Shown: positions 38,968-52,422 of the stretch, in pieces | How positions within the stretch are numbered: the stretch's first letter is position 1 | Layout: every line of letters starts with the position of its first letter | Assembly: GCF_036588685.1 (NCBI RefSeq) | Contig: NC_086382.1 | Span: 56,482,001-56,546,000, forward strand | Origin: Mytilus trossulus | Taxonomy: Eukaryota | Direction: 5' to 3' | DNA: 64,000 nt | The notes under the pieces: generated by a model | Seen by the model: only the letters and a program-made list of their open reading frames with translations | Told to the model about the DNA's origin: nothing | Database searches by the model: none | Position numbers and translations under genes: made by a program

Positions 38968-39034
38968 ATCGTCATGAAAATGCATGAATTATTTGCAACT
39001 GGACGTTCAGCAACACAAAATCAATCAATCAATC
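38968..39034 (+). mobile_element. 3' end of a SINE/LINE-type element with a (CAAT)n tail
   Basis: tgcatgaattatttgcaactggacgttcagcaacacaaaatcaatcaatcaatc; inverted relatives at ~43122-43170 and ~2523-2595. Confidence 0.6.
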
Positions 39035-40589
39035 GAAAGTTCATACTTTTAAGTTGAGACCCTATGTTTTTTGTATGCACCAAAATCACATTGTATTGTA
39101 GAAAACTGAGATAACTTTTGCTATATAAAAATAAGAAATGCTGTATATGTGATTGGCAATGAGACAACTCGCCACCAGAGACAATATGTAATAGACGTTA
39201 AAGCAACTATATCGTAAGTCTGCAAAGCATATCAATGACGCTCGATACTAAAACATAATAATCTGAGAAGCCATAAGGAGCATTTGAGGACCAAACAAGG
39301 TCACATTTCTTCCTTTTCACCTTTTCTGAGTCGAATTTTGACAACAATGTTTGTTTCCAACTAAACATATGGTTTAAATGCGAGGTACACAGAAGAAAAC
39401 GTGTTAGCCTGTCAGCTACCGGTAATGTCTTGTTTGTTACAGTCCCGGAGATTTGTAAGGATTATTAGAAAACTCAGCTGTCATCTCTGTGAACGTTATT
39501 CGTTTTCTGTAGAGGTTTTGATAAATCGTGTGAAGGGCTTTGTTCTTTGGTGGATATTGATAACGTCGATCTTAGTTTGATGAATTGACACATTGTACCA
39601 AATGGTTATTTGATTGAAGCAATTTCAATTGCATGCCTTATTACCCGTTTAAACGGCGAAAAATATTGAAAATGAAAGAGATATTAGTGAGAGATGACCA
39701 TATACAGTAAATTAATTGAAATGTCGACCATAACAAAGGACAATGCCCGTTTTCAGTTTTTAGTGTCCGTTTCGGGTCATAGTCTCTAGTCTGGTCATTA
39801 GTTATCCATATCAAAGTTCAAGTTTTATCGTTAATTTCTCTATAAAATATATCTATCTAAAGCCAAAATGAATTAGTTTGCGAGCAGCGACGCGTTAACT
39901 CTTAATTTATAGATATTGGTTGTTCATATCGTGAAATTGTGCGGAAATATTAAACTGATATAGAATTGATAACGCGGTATTAAGTCCTATCATTAGAAAA
40001 AGGCCTTGTATTATTCACTATAATTGAACTCATTACATTTTGCCCTATAGTCATCATCAAATGTGTTCTTGTACTAATATGTCCTGCTTAGTCAAGTAGT
40101 AAAATTTGTTCTAAATAGAACATAATATTAAAGAAAGTTAAGTCTTTTTATAATAACTTAGGAAAAGTATTAAAATTTTCTACGTGAGAAAGTCGATATT
40201 TTTAATTCAAACATTATTAACATACAAAAGTAGCAATAGAGAACAGCGAGCATATTAAAACATAATACATGTTGGTGATTAAATATTACAAAAGGAAAAG
40301 CAGAATAAAAGGAGAAACTCCATTATCAAACCTAGGGGAAAGATAATTAAAAAAGTCAAGTGAAATTGATAAAACACTCCTTTAAAAACAAGAATCAAAG
40401 GTATGTATCTGTTAGCTTACACGGATATTACCAAATGACAAACAATATAAATGCATATGCAACTGTTTAATATTCAACGACTTTATCTTTCCAACTTCAC
40501 AAGAACGATATCAAAAGCATTTGTACCTTTTACACTAATCAGTAAAAAGGAAATGCTAAGTAAGTAAAAAGCAAATTGCAAATTGTTTT

Positions 40590-40750
40590 ACATTATCATT
40601 TCGGGGCCTTCAATAGCTGACTATGCGGTATGGGCTTTGCTCACTGTTGAAGGTCGTACGGTGATCTATAGCTGTTTAAAACTTTTACATGTCATTTTGG
40701 ATCTTGTGGAGAGTTTTCTCATTGGCAAGCATACCAAATCTTCTTTTTCA
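40590..40750. repeat. Dispersed repeat family B
   Basis: tcattttggatcttgtggagagttttctcattggcaagcataccaaatcttcttttt recurs at ~42745-42805 and ~6105-6140, and inverted at ~39125-39182 and ~14440-14480. Confidence 0.75.
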
Positions 40751-42734
40751 CATATTCACTTGTAACAGAATCATGAAAACCTGTAAACTGTCTATTCTAA
40801 TAAGGAACAATTTCCAAATGGTCGGTGACAGAAACCTCATTATTTCCTTGAAGATTTTGGACTCTTGGTCACACAAATATTGTTATATATATATAAAAAA
40901 TATACATTATTTTTTTTTAAATGTATGTACTTCAGCACATCATTTATTTACCAGGTTTCAATGAAAGCGTCAATTTGCGAAAACGTAAAAAAACAAAGTT
41001 TTGAAATGGCTACAACAGGGGACACTTTTTTCTTCTGTAACCTCACCAAACAATATTTATTTCGTGACAAATCTCTGCCTTTCGTAATTTTTATCTATAA
41101 TATTATATATATTGAAATGTAAGCGATAGTTATTTGTATATACAGAGTTCGGTTTATTTTCCTCGTTTGTTATTAAGATATCTTACATTTCTTGGAGAAT
41201 GTACTTGCACTTTCTCTAGAAACAATATATATTAACCTTGAAAAAGTTATCTTAATTTGAGTTCTTGTAAGTACACAATATTCTATTCACAAACAAACAA
41301 AACATATACCAGAACACGAAAACACACACGTACAATTAGAATATTTAACTTAAGAGAAATACGAAATAATCAGTTTTTTTTCAAAAAGCAGGGAAGATAA
41401 GTAGCAGCACATTTTTCAATTTCGAAAGAATAGAATGTTTTATTAAATATGTTATGTAAAACAAATGAACCATGTGAAATTAATCATGCATGCAACTTCT
41501 TATATTTACAATTAGGAAAAATAATATTTACCAAAAAAATCGTATCTTATATTACCCATACCAATAGTATAAAAATAAAAAAATGTTCAAACACGTTAAA
41601 TTGCACGGTACTTAATAAAAATTAAGGTATTAAGATTCCACGCTGTTTGACGCTCATTAAAATTATTCATGTTACAGAATTTTTCAAAGTATTGATACCT
41701 GTTTACATCCAATCAGAAGCCGGTAAATAAGTGAGTGCTCTAGCTTCTTCATCTTCAAAAACAGAATCTTATTTAAAAGTCTAAATATTCCACTCTAGTG
41801 TCAAATATAATACATTCCAAAATAGTTAAATACTTTAACTTCGAATACATGGAACGGCTCGTCAAATAAACCTCCTTATAATGTCAGAATATATATTCAC
41901 AATGGTTATAGAATAAACGAGAAGAATGTATCCAAATATATCTTTTTCTGTTGTGGGACATTTTGCCTAAATATATCCTTACAAGTAAAAGACCTTCTCG
42001 TCTCTACAATTGATTTTCAAATACTGATATAAGGTGAGAAATATTCATGAATTTATTCTGAGACGATTCGCATATCAGATTACCAAAATAAGACGTTAAA
42101 ATTCAGCAGACATCTATTAAGGAGGTTTTGAGCGCCGCGAGTCCATTCCAATTTTCGGCTTTGGACAATATGAATTACCGTCTTCATGAATAATATGAAT
42201 GTAAGATGAGCCCGTAACTCCCCAGAAATAGCTTAAAGGAATATAATCGACGGATTTAAAAATGACCAGAATGCACATTACCCTATTGTCGAGGAAGAAA
42301 ATTAAATCTGAATTTTCATGAAGTCCCTAACTCGTTGCATATTTGCCTTGAATACTAAATAACTTCCGTGATAATTCAGATCAATACAACTAACGTTTAT
42401 CTGATAGGATTTTCGTTTTTATTGTTTACCCCTGTTGTGCATAAAAATAGTTTACCACTTACTGAATAAATCTCCATAAATTCAAGAAGGGATATTTTGC
42501 TTCATATGTCCATTCATAATTTCGTTATTTACCAAAAACCACGTGGTTATTTGGTTGTGTTAACAGTCAACAACATTCAACATATATTTTTACAGTAGGT
42601 TAAGAAAACAACTTCTGATATGAAAAAAAAAGGTTTCAAACTTGTCAAAGAAAAAATAGGTTGCATGAAAACACTTGTTTACAGTAAAATAGACACTCTT
42701 TTTTTAAAGCAGGTATAATTATATTAACAACTGT

Positions 42735-42808
42735 TAATGTTTGTGTCATTTTGGTCTGTTGTGGATAGTTGTCTCATTGGCAATCATACCACATCTTCTT
42801 TTTTATAT
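42735..42808. repeat. Dispersed repeat family B (partial)
   Basis: gtcattttggtctgttgtggatagttgtctcattggcaatcataccacatcttctttttta. Confidence 0.75.
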
Positions 42809-43121
42809 AATGTTTTGTTTAAAATAGATACTAGTACTCAAGGAAAGGTATACCAACATGGTAGAATTAAACCAAAAAATATATTTCTAAAAATAAGGAG
42901 AATATTGAGGAACTCACTTCAGTGATAAAAACTTCATGTAAAAATCAACTAGAAAAGGCTTCAAACTCATCAGGTTGGAACCAAGCTCTTAAACAACGGA
43001 CAAAATGACAACAACAAAAAAAGATCACAAAGTATCGATATAAAAAAGATATGATGCCTAAAGTCATGAACACCCACTAAAAAGTATTTTTTATTGAACC
43101 CCCAAAACCTTAGTATGATAA

Positions 43122-43170
43122 TGATTGATAGATGGTTGTTTGCCAAACGCCCAGTGGCAAATGTTTCAGG
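43122..43170 (-). mobile_element. Inverted 3' end of the (CAAT)n-tailed element
   Basis: tgattgatagatggttgtttgccaaacgcccagtggcaaatgtttca is reverse-complementary to 38985-39034. Confidence 0.55.
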
Positions 43171-44756
43171 AACATAGTGAAGTGTTCGCACGACAAATGA
43201 TATAACAAAACACCGAAAAGCAGTATTTTACACAACAGATGAATATATGTTTGAATGTAACTAAAAATTGGAAATTTTATAGTTATTTTTTTTGTTAAGT
43301 TTGCTAGAATTTGTTTAGGTTTTTTTTTCGATTTCATGAAGTTTCAAGTGTAGAATGGAAAGTGGGTCTCAATATCCTTTCCAAGTTAAGCAATTTCAGA
43401 TAATTTTTAAAGGGGTTTAATTCAAACTAAATTATATACGGTCTAGATACCTGTGTGAAGCCGAAAGTGAGCAGATAATGTTTCACGGTTTTTTGTTTCT
43501 TTTTGTTACTGTGTGCATGATTGTTTTTGTAAAGTATGAGACGGTATAGACTATTCATCTTTTTGTAAGAATCGATAGCTTTTCAAGTTCTCTGCATGTC
43601 TTTTGCCTAACAATGCGGACTGAACGTAGAAAATTCGATGTGAATTACTTTGATTTTGCAGTGAAGGTTTAACATACAATTCTATCTAATTGCAAAAACC
43701 AAAAAAATTGCATATATTAACCAAGTCTAGATTTTATATATCGAATTGTTAAGTCTTTTTGTGACGTATGGTTTTAGCATGGGCTCAAGATAGCTTATGT
43801 TTGATAATTAGACATTGTATTGTCTACATATTTGGAATATATATCTATTTTTGTTTTTGAGAAATTAACTACTTGTAATGCTGTCCAAATACATTTCTGA
43901 ATTATCTCCCCCCTTTTATGGATCTACCTAATCAAACGACCAAATCCTTTACTTCCTCCATTTATAACACTAGTAATGAATGGTAAAAACATGTTCCAGC
44001 TTCTAAAAGGTCAGCCAGGTTAGCGTGTGAAGTTCGATTTGCCGTATGAGATTGATTTCCTAGAATTATCAATAAGACCATTGGGAAATAAGATATCATT
44101 GGCCGTCAAATACCATTAGTTGAACAATAATCAGGCATAGTTCTCAATCGTATAAAATGTGTCCAGTTTGTCAAAATCATTAGTCAATAAGGTTCGAATA
44201 ACTTCCAGATAAAAAACTTGATTCATGTCTTCCATCTCGTATGAATTCCCCAACATAGCAGCACACTGGCAAACACTAAACGTTAGCATTTCACAAACAG
44301 AAAAACAAACAAACAAAAAAAAATTCTTGCTTGGTTGTCTTAAATCTGTTCCACTGTTTTTATGATGATAAAAAATATCAGTAGGAGGGCGAATAATGTT
44401 AGTGGTACTAGGAGTTATAAACTGTCATGCACATGTCGTTATCTTGGTGAAACTTTTTCCTCCTTTGTTGCAAGCATATCAACAATAGTTTTTAATATAT
44501 ATCATATTGTTCATTATCCCTGAAAATTCTTGTTATTCTCATTGTTTTTCTTGAAATGTGTGATTTCTCTATAGGAAAAAAACAAGTTGTTTTTATTAAT
44601 GTCGAGAAATGAAAAAGGGGGAATTTATTGTCACAAAAGGAACACCTATCAAAGAAAAATGATGCCTGAATTCACAGAATGGAAAGATAGCAGAACGAAC
44701 AGACCACAGGGGAAATTTGATGCCAGTTGTCAAAAAAGGAACAGATACAGAGGGAT

Positions 44757-46695
44757 CATGATGCCTGTGATAGAGGAGGGACATATCACTGTGGAATCTG
44801 ATACTTGTTGTCAAAGGAGGAACGTATCACTGTGAAATCTGATTTCTGTTGTCAGAGGAGGATTATCTCACTGTGAAATCTGATATCTGTTGTCAAAGGA
44901 GAAAAATCTCACTGTGAAATATGTCGTCTGTTGTCAAAGGAGGAAAATCTTACGTGTGAAATATGACGTCTGTTGTCAAAGGAGGAAAATCCCACTGTGA
45001 AATATGATGTCTGTTGTCAGAAGAGAAACATTACACTGTGAGATATAATGGCTGTTGCCAAAGGATGAACATATTACTGTACAATCTGAAGTCTGTTGCC
45101 AAAGGAGGAAAACACATCACTGTGAAATATGATGCTTGTTGTCAGAGGAGGAACATTCCACTGTGACATCTGATGTCTGTTGTCAGAGGAGGAACATTAC
45201 ACTGTGAAATATGATGCCTATTGTCAAAGGAGAATCATTTTCCAGTGAACTCTGATGCCTATTGTCAAATGAGGAACATATCACTGTGAAATCTGATGTT
45301 TGTTGTCAAATAGGGAACATATCACTGTGAAATCTGATGCCTGTGGTCAGAGGGGGAACATATCACTGTGAAATCTGATGTCTGTTGTCAAATAGGGAAC
45401 ATATCACTGTGAAATCTGATGAATGTTGTCAAAGGAGGAACATATCTGTGAAATATGATGTCTGTTGTCAAAGAAGGAATATGTAATTGTGAAATATGAT
45501 ACGTGTTGTCAGATGACAAACATTTCACTGTGACATCTGATGTATATTGTCAAAGGAGGAACATATCACTGTGAAATATGATGCCTGTTGTGAAAGGAGG
45601 AACATATCACTGTTGATTCTGTTGTAAGAGGAGTACATAGCACTATGAAATCTGCCGCCTATTGTCAGATGAGGAGCACATAACTTTGAAATACGATGCC
45701 TGTGGTCAGAGGAGGCACATACCACTGTGAAATATGATGCCTGTTGTCAGAGGAGGCACATACCACTGTGAAATATGATGCCTGTTGTCAGAGGAGGCAC
45801 ATACCACTGTGAAATATGATTCATGTTGTCAAAGGAAGAACATATCATTGTAAAATCCGATGCATGTTGTCGTTGTCAGAAAAGGAACATATCACTTTGA
45901 AATATGAAGCCTGTTGTCAGAGGAGGAACAGTACACTGTAAAATATGGTGTTTGTTGTCAAAGAAGGAACATATCACTGGGAAATATGATGTCTGTTGCC
46001 AAAGGAGGGACATGTCACTGTGAAATATGATGCCTGTCGTCAGAAAAGGAACATATCACTTTGAAATATGAAGCATGTTGTCAGAGGAGGAATATACCAC
46101 TGTACAATCTGATGCCTGTTGTCAGAGGAGGAACATACCACTGTGAAATCTGATGTTTGTTGCTAAAGGAGGGACATGTCACTGTGAAATCTGAGGTATG
46201 TTGGCAAAGGAGGAACATTACACTGTGAAATATGATTTCTGTTGTCAGAGGAGGAACATTACACTGTGAAATATGATGTCTGTTGTCAAAGGAGTAACTT
46301 ATTACTGTGAAATATGATGCCTGTTGTCAGGGGAGGAACATATCACTGTGGAATCTGGTGTCTATTGTTAAAGGAGGAACATTTCACTGTCAAATTTGAT
46401 GCCTATTGTCAAAGGAGGAACATTACACTGTGAAATATGATGTCTTTTGTCAGAGGAAAAACATTACACTGTTAAATATGATGTCTGTTGTCCAAGGAAG
46501 AACATATCACTGTGAAAGCTAATGCCTATTGTCAAAGGAGGAACATATCACTGTGAAATATGATGTCTGTTGTCAAAAGAGAAACAAATCACTGTGATAT
46601 ATGGCGTCTGTTGTCAAAAGAGAAACAAATCACTGGAATATGATGCCTGTTGTCAGGAGAGGAACATATCACTGTGTAATCTGATGCCTGTTGTA
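44757..46695. repeat. 41-bp minisatellite, about 47 units, with decayed flanks (~44625-44757 and ~46700-47170)
   Basis: Consensus actgtgaaat(a/c)tgatg(c/t)ctgttgtca(a/g)aggaggaacatatc; period checked at 45721/45762; no unique spacers. Confidence 0.95.
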
Positions 46696-47908
46696 ACAGA
46701 AGTATCAGAGAGCGGTTAAAAATGCAACGTGTTAATACAATGTCACAGAAGGAACATATTAAAGTGAAATATAGATGTGTGTTGTCACAAAAGGAAAAAA
46801 AATAACAGTGAAATCTGATGTTTGTAAATAGATAACTTAAAATAACTTAAATATGAAAATGAATGCCTGTAACAAGAGAAGACATAGACAACGGTGAAAT
46901 CTTATACATGTTGGCTCAGAACTAAATATCACGATGGACATGAGGTCTATTTGCGCAGAAGTATTAGAACACAGTGCAAATCTGAAGGCTGTTGTCAAAG
47001 AATTAAAAGATCAAGATGAAATATAATGCATGTGTTTCAACAGAAAAGATAACAATGAAAGCAGATTCTTGTTGCAACACAGAACAACTAAAAGATCGCT
47101 ATAAAACATGAAGCATGTTGTAACAGAAGTATTAGATCACGGTGAAAAGTAAGTTGGCGCAAAAGGAACATTAAACGAGAAAAGTAATTAAAGTGAAATT
47201 ACAAATGTATGCATTTTACACAATACTGAAATTGTAATGATTTAGATTTTAAGATCAAATTATATGAAATAAATCATTCAGATCAACCATTTATTTATGA
47301 GATATAAAATTCACCGTCGGCTTTACTAAAATTGTTTTAACTACTTTAATTGAGTCAACGACTTAATCACTAATAAGAGATTAAAATATTAATTCAACAG
47401 GGAAGTATTAAATAATATTTTCATATCTGATGCTATAAAATCCGAAAAATATTCTAAATAAATTAATTATGCAATACATGGTATTTTATAACAGATGTAA
47501 ACAACAGCTCTCCAACAATATGTGCATGGGCTTGTATTGAATGAATGGATAAATTTTGAATGAATGTGATATTCAACATAAAAAATATAAACATTTGCCA
47601 AAACAATATAAATTATTTGAAATTTCTAACAGTGAAATATAAGAAAAATATATCATCAAGGAAATAATTCTATCAAAAAGTTATTAAACTAGAGAACATA
47701 CACTGTGTAATCATATATCTTTAGATGCATTAGTGTATCATGATATTTTATGAGAAGACCAACAGGGCTGAACTCATGCACGTGAAAAATATATGTATAT
47801 ATTTATAGTTTAATGATTGTGATTTAGTCACATTGTCAAGATCATTGTGTGTTCAGAATATGGTTCATTTTCGTGTACTAACTCTCCTTTTTTTTATTGT
47901 TTTTGCTG

Positions 47909-48430
47909 GATGGACTTGTTTTTCCAGAGACAGATTAAATAATATCTATATATGGGTATCAACTGTTCGTATATTCGAATGTAGCAGACTTATGGTAGAT
48001 GATTCAATCATAGAGTGAAAAGATACACACGTTTTGGGTTAAAAGCACATTACTTCCTAAAGATTCTACACTACTTTCATTGAATGATTCAATGTTTCGG
48101 GATTGTATTGATCACAACTGATAAAAATAATACCATACGTACCCATGGCTTCTCTTCTTAATTATATTTTACGGTACAAGAATTAAAAAAGTTTCCGATT
48201 TATAACTTTCCATTCTTATATAGCAACAGTCCTGCAGTTCTTGTGTATGGACAGTTGCTACATTATAACTATATTTAGGAACTCGAGTTTCTAGTCATGA
48301 TTAACTTTAAAGATTGATGTATTTTTTATAAAGAAGATACTATACGAATATATGATAAAGTTTGAGGTTCTGTTCGAAAGTTTACGGAAGCTTATGATGA
48401 ATTTAGTTGATTGGCAAGGAATATCTCTGT
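47909..48430 (+). pseudogene. Fossil Penelope-like element reverse transcriptase
   Basis: Frameshifted peptides in the expected order: DGLVFPET (47909), MGINC (47952), LFVYSNVAD (47963), LLSLNDSMFRDCIDH (48071), FPIYNFPFLYSNSPAVLVYG (48192), RKF (48375), LVDWQGISL (48403). These parallel the recalled mollusc Penelope motifs GGRVFQQT, PMGTNC, LFLYSYEADF, VLSLNNSKFGDYVD, FPIVNFPFLCSNIPAAPAYG and RKFYGRHHDLVDRYGISV. Confidence 0.75.
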
Positions 48431-48847
48431 TGAAAGTGGAATTTTATATAAGGTATATCGTTTCAGACGTCATTTAATGGGACAATGAAATGTTCGATGT
48501 TACATTTTTTTCTCTTTCAGTTATACTGTTCAAGATTTACACTGATTTTGTGGACAAACCAAACTGATAATTTTCTATTTAAATCTTTTTATTTAATCGT
48601 TTATCTATTAAGTTTGTCAGTATAAAAATCAAAATGCATAAAAAAAATATTAACCCTCACATTTTAATTTGAATAATAAAAATAAGACAACTAAACAATG
48701 GCAAATACTAATTTCTGACCAATAAAAAAATAGAATTAAAAATAGGTAAATAGCTTCGACCATAACAAAATAGATTTAAAATAAGCAAATAGCTTCAACC
48801 TTAAAAGCAATATATAATATTTCGAATTGTAAACTCGTACATTGAAT

Positions 48848-49140
48848 TTTAAACTCGTACATCTGCTATCTGTCCTGAATGAAAAGAAACTTGACAATTT
48901 AGGGAAGTATTTATTTCTGGCCGAGAAGGCACGTAATTAAATTCATTTGAGAATGCTTAATATGTGTTATATTTTATCATACACTGCTGTACAGTTATAT
49001 TGGTATACTTCATTGTATGATTATTTACTGATTTCTTAAAGATATAATATATATATATATTTCACTGATGTAATTGAATGTATGTTATATTTATATTCTA
49101 TAAGCTGTATTGCTTACGAATAAAATGATTATTATATTAT
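48848..49140 (+). mobile_element. Very short LINE 3' end (last 30 codons of ORF2 plus 3' UTR)
   Basis: 48848-48940 translates FKLVHLLSVLNEKKLDNLGKYLFLAEKARN*, the same kind of terminus as LKFEKLFQLKIKNKLKKLCKFI in the 27251 ORF; followed by an AT-rich UTR, aataaa and an (att)n-like tail. Confidence 0.65.
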
Positions 49141-52100
49141 AAAGTTTCAGATTGTAAAACTGCGATGAGTGGTAATCTTAAATAGTTATCAGAAGTCAAT
49201 GTCAGACACTCTCTAAAAACTATCACTGCAATGATGCAAACAAGTTTAATTGTGCTTTTATATGATATCTAGAATCTATTAAGTTCCCGAAAATATTTGC
49301 AACAATACAGCTGGAATGAAATAAATTTGTTTAAACAATGGAATACACATTGACTATAAAAAAAATCAATAATAACTGTTATGGATTCTTTGAAATTTCC
49401 TAAAAATATCAGATATTCACACAATTAATATGTATAAATTCGTTAGTGCATGCTTTATATTGAAAAACTAAACCCAACTTCAGCGTTGTCTATATGCATT
49501 TTTTAAACAAATATGTGGGCAATATTTCTTCATTGATAAAGCCATTAAAGCAGCGAGAAGCGTTGTACTCCATATAGAAATTGTGCATATAAATGCATTT
49601 ATTGGTTTTCCGGACTTCAAAAATATTCTACTTCAGGGATTATCATTTTATAAATTACATTTCTTGTATCCGATTTATATTGCTCTTTGCTTTGTCCTTT
49701 TTATTTCTTCAGCACAAATGTGTTCACAACATGATATATTTCTAAATTTTGTATTAAAAAGACAATTTTTTGCTGATTCTTTAAACAACTTTAAGAGCGT
49801 TTTTATCTATATAAAAGATTCACTGCAATATATAAATACATAAACAATAATATATTTTGTATTTTATATGTTAAAATATTTTATAAGTATGAAATTGAGC
49901 TCAAAAAGTATCTGGATTTATACTATTCGTTAACATATCTAAAGTATGGAATAATCCTATATTTAAAATCAAACCGAATAAAACCACTAACAATTTATTG
50001 AACAAATTAACCACATATGTTTTAAACGAGATAAGATATGAGTTATTGTTGTTAATTCGGGTTCTCTCCCCTTTATCACAGTTTTAATGATATAATTCAA
50101 ATTATCAAGCATCATTGTTAATACTTTGTTATTCAAATTAAACAAAAAACAAAAGATAATGTGTATAAATATACAATAATGTCACTTTATTCACAGTTGT
50201 GCATCATAATCGATTAATTATATCATGCAAGGCCATAGAAATTTAGACAACTGTGCATTAAAATATATCATTGACACGGGAAATAGAATTAAACAATATC
50301 AATAAATTAATATGATGCTAATCAATTTTTATACTTTTTCCAGATACCATGTATGCTTGCATGGAGCTGGGTTTTACAATTCTTATAAAAAATCAATGAA
50401 AGTAACAATTACTGGTATCCGCCCCTCATTTTTGTTGTCATACTTTATACCAGCTGACATAAATCATCACCACGTGTAATCAGTTTGACCCATAACTATT
50501 GTCTGTTTTATTTTAGAAATAAATCGAAATTATTTGATCAATAATCCAGAAAATGTCTAAGGAATCGGCACGCAACCATGTATCTTAATCCTGCGGATCT
50601 GGACAGACAAAGTCGGCATAACTTGTGAAAATCCCCTATCCTCTTTCCCTAAGGACCTACAATTTACGCCTTAATGTGTTATAATTTAATATCCTCATCT
50701 AGATGATTCGAACCGTTATGCCAGTGGCACCAAGAGTTGTAATTTGTTGTTAATTGAGCCATTTGGTAGCTTATACATTACATGAATGATAAAATTGAAT
50801 GTTTCATTTTCTCAGTGTGGTGCCTTAAGTATTGATTCAAACATTTGCTTGAAAATTTGAAATTAATTGTAAAATCAGCTTTTATTATATGTTGAGATTA
50901 GCGCAGATTCAAGCCTCTGTGCGTAAACAAGTGTTCAGGTGATTGTGGGAAATTGTTTAAGCTTTATTTATTATTTCAAATGAGTAAACATAAAAATACA
51001 TATATTTTGCAATAATGATAATGAAATAATTGTAATGATAATAATGAAAATGATGAAAATAAAATAAGACACACAAAAATAAAAATATTACAATGTGTTC
51101 TGTCACTCCTATTAATTTGGAATATATACATTGAAACTGAAAAACAAATTGCATTAATTTCAAAGTACATTTTTCATGTTGGTAGTTTTAAGAAAATATT
51201 AATACACACCTTTTAATATTTACAAAATATTTTTCTTTTACTGCACACGATGATAAAAATACATCATGTAAAACAAGTATAATCTGTTATTCTATGAAAA
51301 CTGCCTACAACACAGTTATGGTCTCACATGGGTTTCTCAAAATCTTTGACAAAATTATAAATTTAAATTAATCCGCATGATGGTAATTTTCTTGACATTA
51401 AATCGTGGTGTAAATCAATTTATCATTGAATAATTGAGTACTTTTTTATTCGAAATTATTTTATTTGAGTATTTACAGTAATTTGTTTTATGTAAAATGT
51501 ATTTTTTATACATCGATTCGATATAAAATACAGATTGATTGTTAAAAATTAGATGGCATATACCATGACGGTACGAATACTATTTTGTTTCGCTTTGAAT
51601 TTTGCAAATTATATTGCGATGTTATATTAGACGGAATGATATCAACTTTGTAATTAGTTACAAGCAAAGCAAACATTGTAATGATGTCTAATTGGAAGAA
51701 GACATGAATTGTAAACTACTTTAACAAATTCTATCAATGTTAAACGTACAATTGCAGGCTTTGTAAATATTTAATTATAATGTAAAATCAAAACTTGTAC
51801 ATGGAATATTTAAGAGGTATTTTTGTTTAAGTTGTAAAAGGAAAGAGGACAATTTTGATAAATGCTAAACCGTTTTCTTTTGTCTGGCAATATAATATTT
51901 AAGAGCATATTAGGTACTATATTCCAAAAGATTTTTTAAGTGTTTTTGAAAATATTTTTTACAGCGGTATACTACTGTTGCCATTATTTAATTTGTACAT
52001 ATTCTTTACAAGAAAATGCCGTACAAGCAAACTTTCATTTAAAATCCACCACTTATATTTGAGAAATTGAAAAAGAACACTTTATAAATGTGATGCGTTG

Positions 52101-52329
52101 GAAGAGTTTTTTTCTGGTTTTATGTTTATCAGGAAGGCTCAAATCTAAGTATTTGAAAGGATGAAGAAGAAACGAAACAGTTGTGGATCAATATGAACAA
52201 AAGGGTCATAAAATTATAGTCAAATCCATTTAAGATCGACTTTGCTTGGGGGAGCTGAAATCTCAACTGAAACAATTCTACATTATTAAGCAAATAAATA
52301 TTGTTTCACCAAAAACAAGTTCTGTTCTT

Positions 52330-52422
52330 GATGTGTTTTGTTATTTGATTTTGCAATGTGATTATGGACTTTCCGATTAGATTTTCCTCTAAGTTCAGTA
52401 TTTTTGTGATTTTACTTTTTTC
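52330..52422 (+). repeat. Dispersed repeat family A (terminal fragment)
   Basis: ttgattttgcaatgtgattatggactttccgattagattttcctctaagttcagtatttttgtgattttactttt is the reverse complement of 12347-12430. Confidence 0.8.

Noticed and set aside
44757-46695. Regular ~41-bp repeats as a CRISPR array or a repetitive protein
   Set aside because: Units are contiguous with no unique spacers, no cas genes are present and the context is eukaryotic; 41 is not a multiple of 3 and the frames contain stops.
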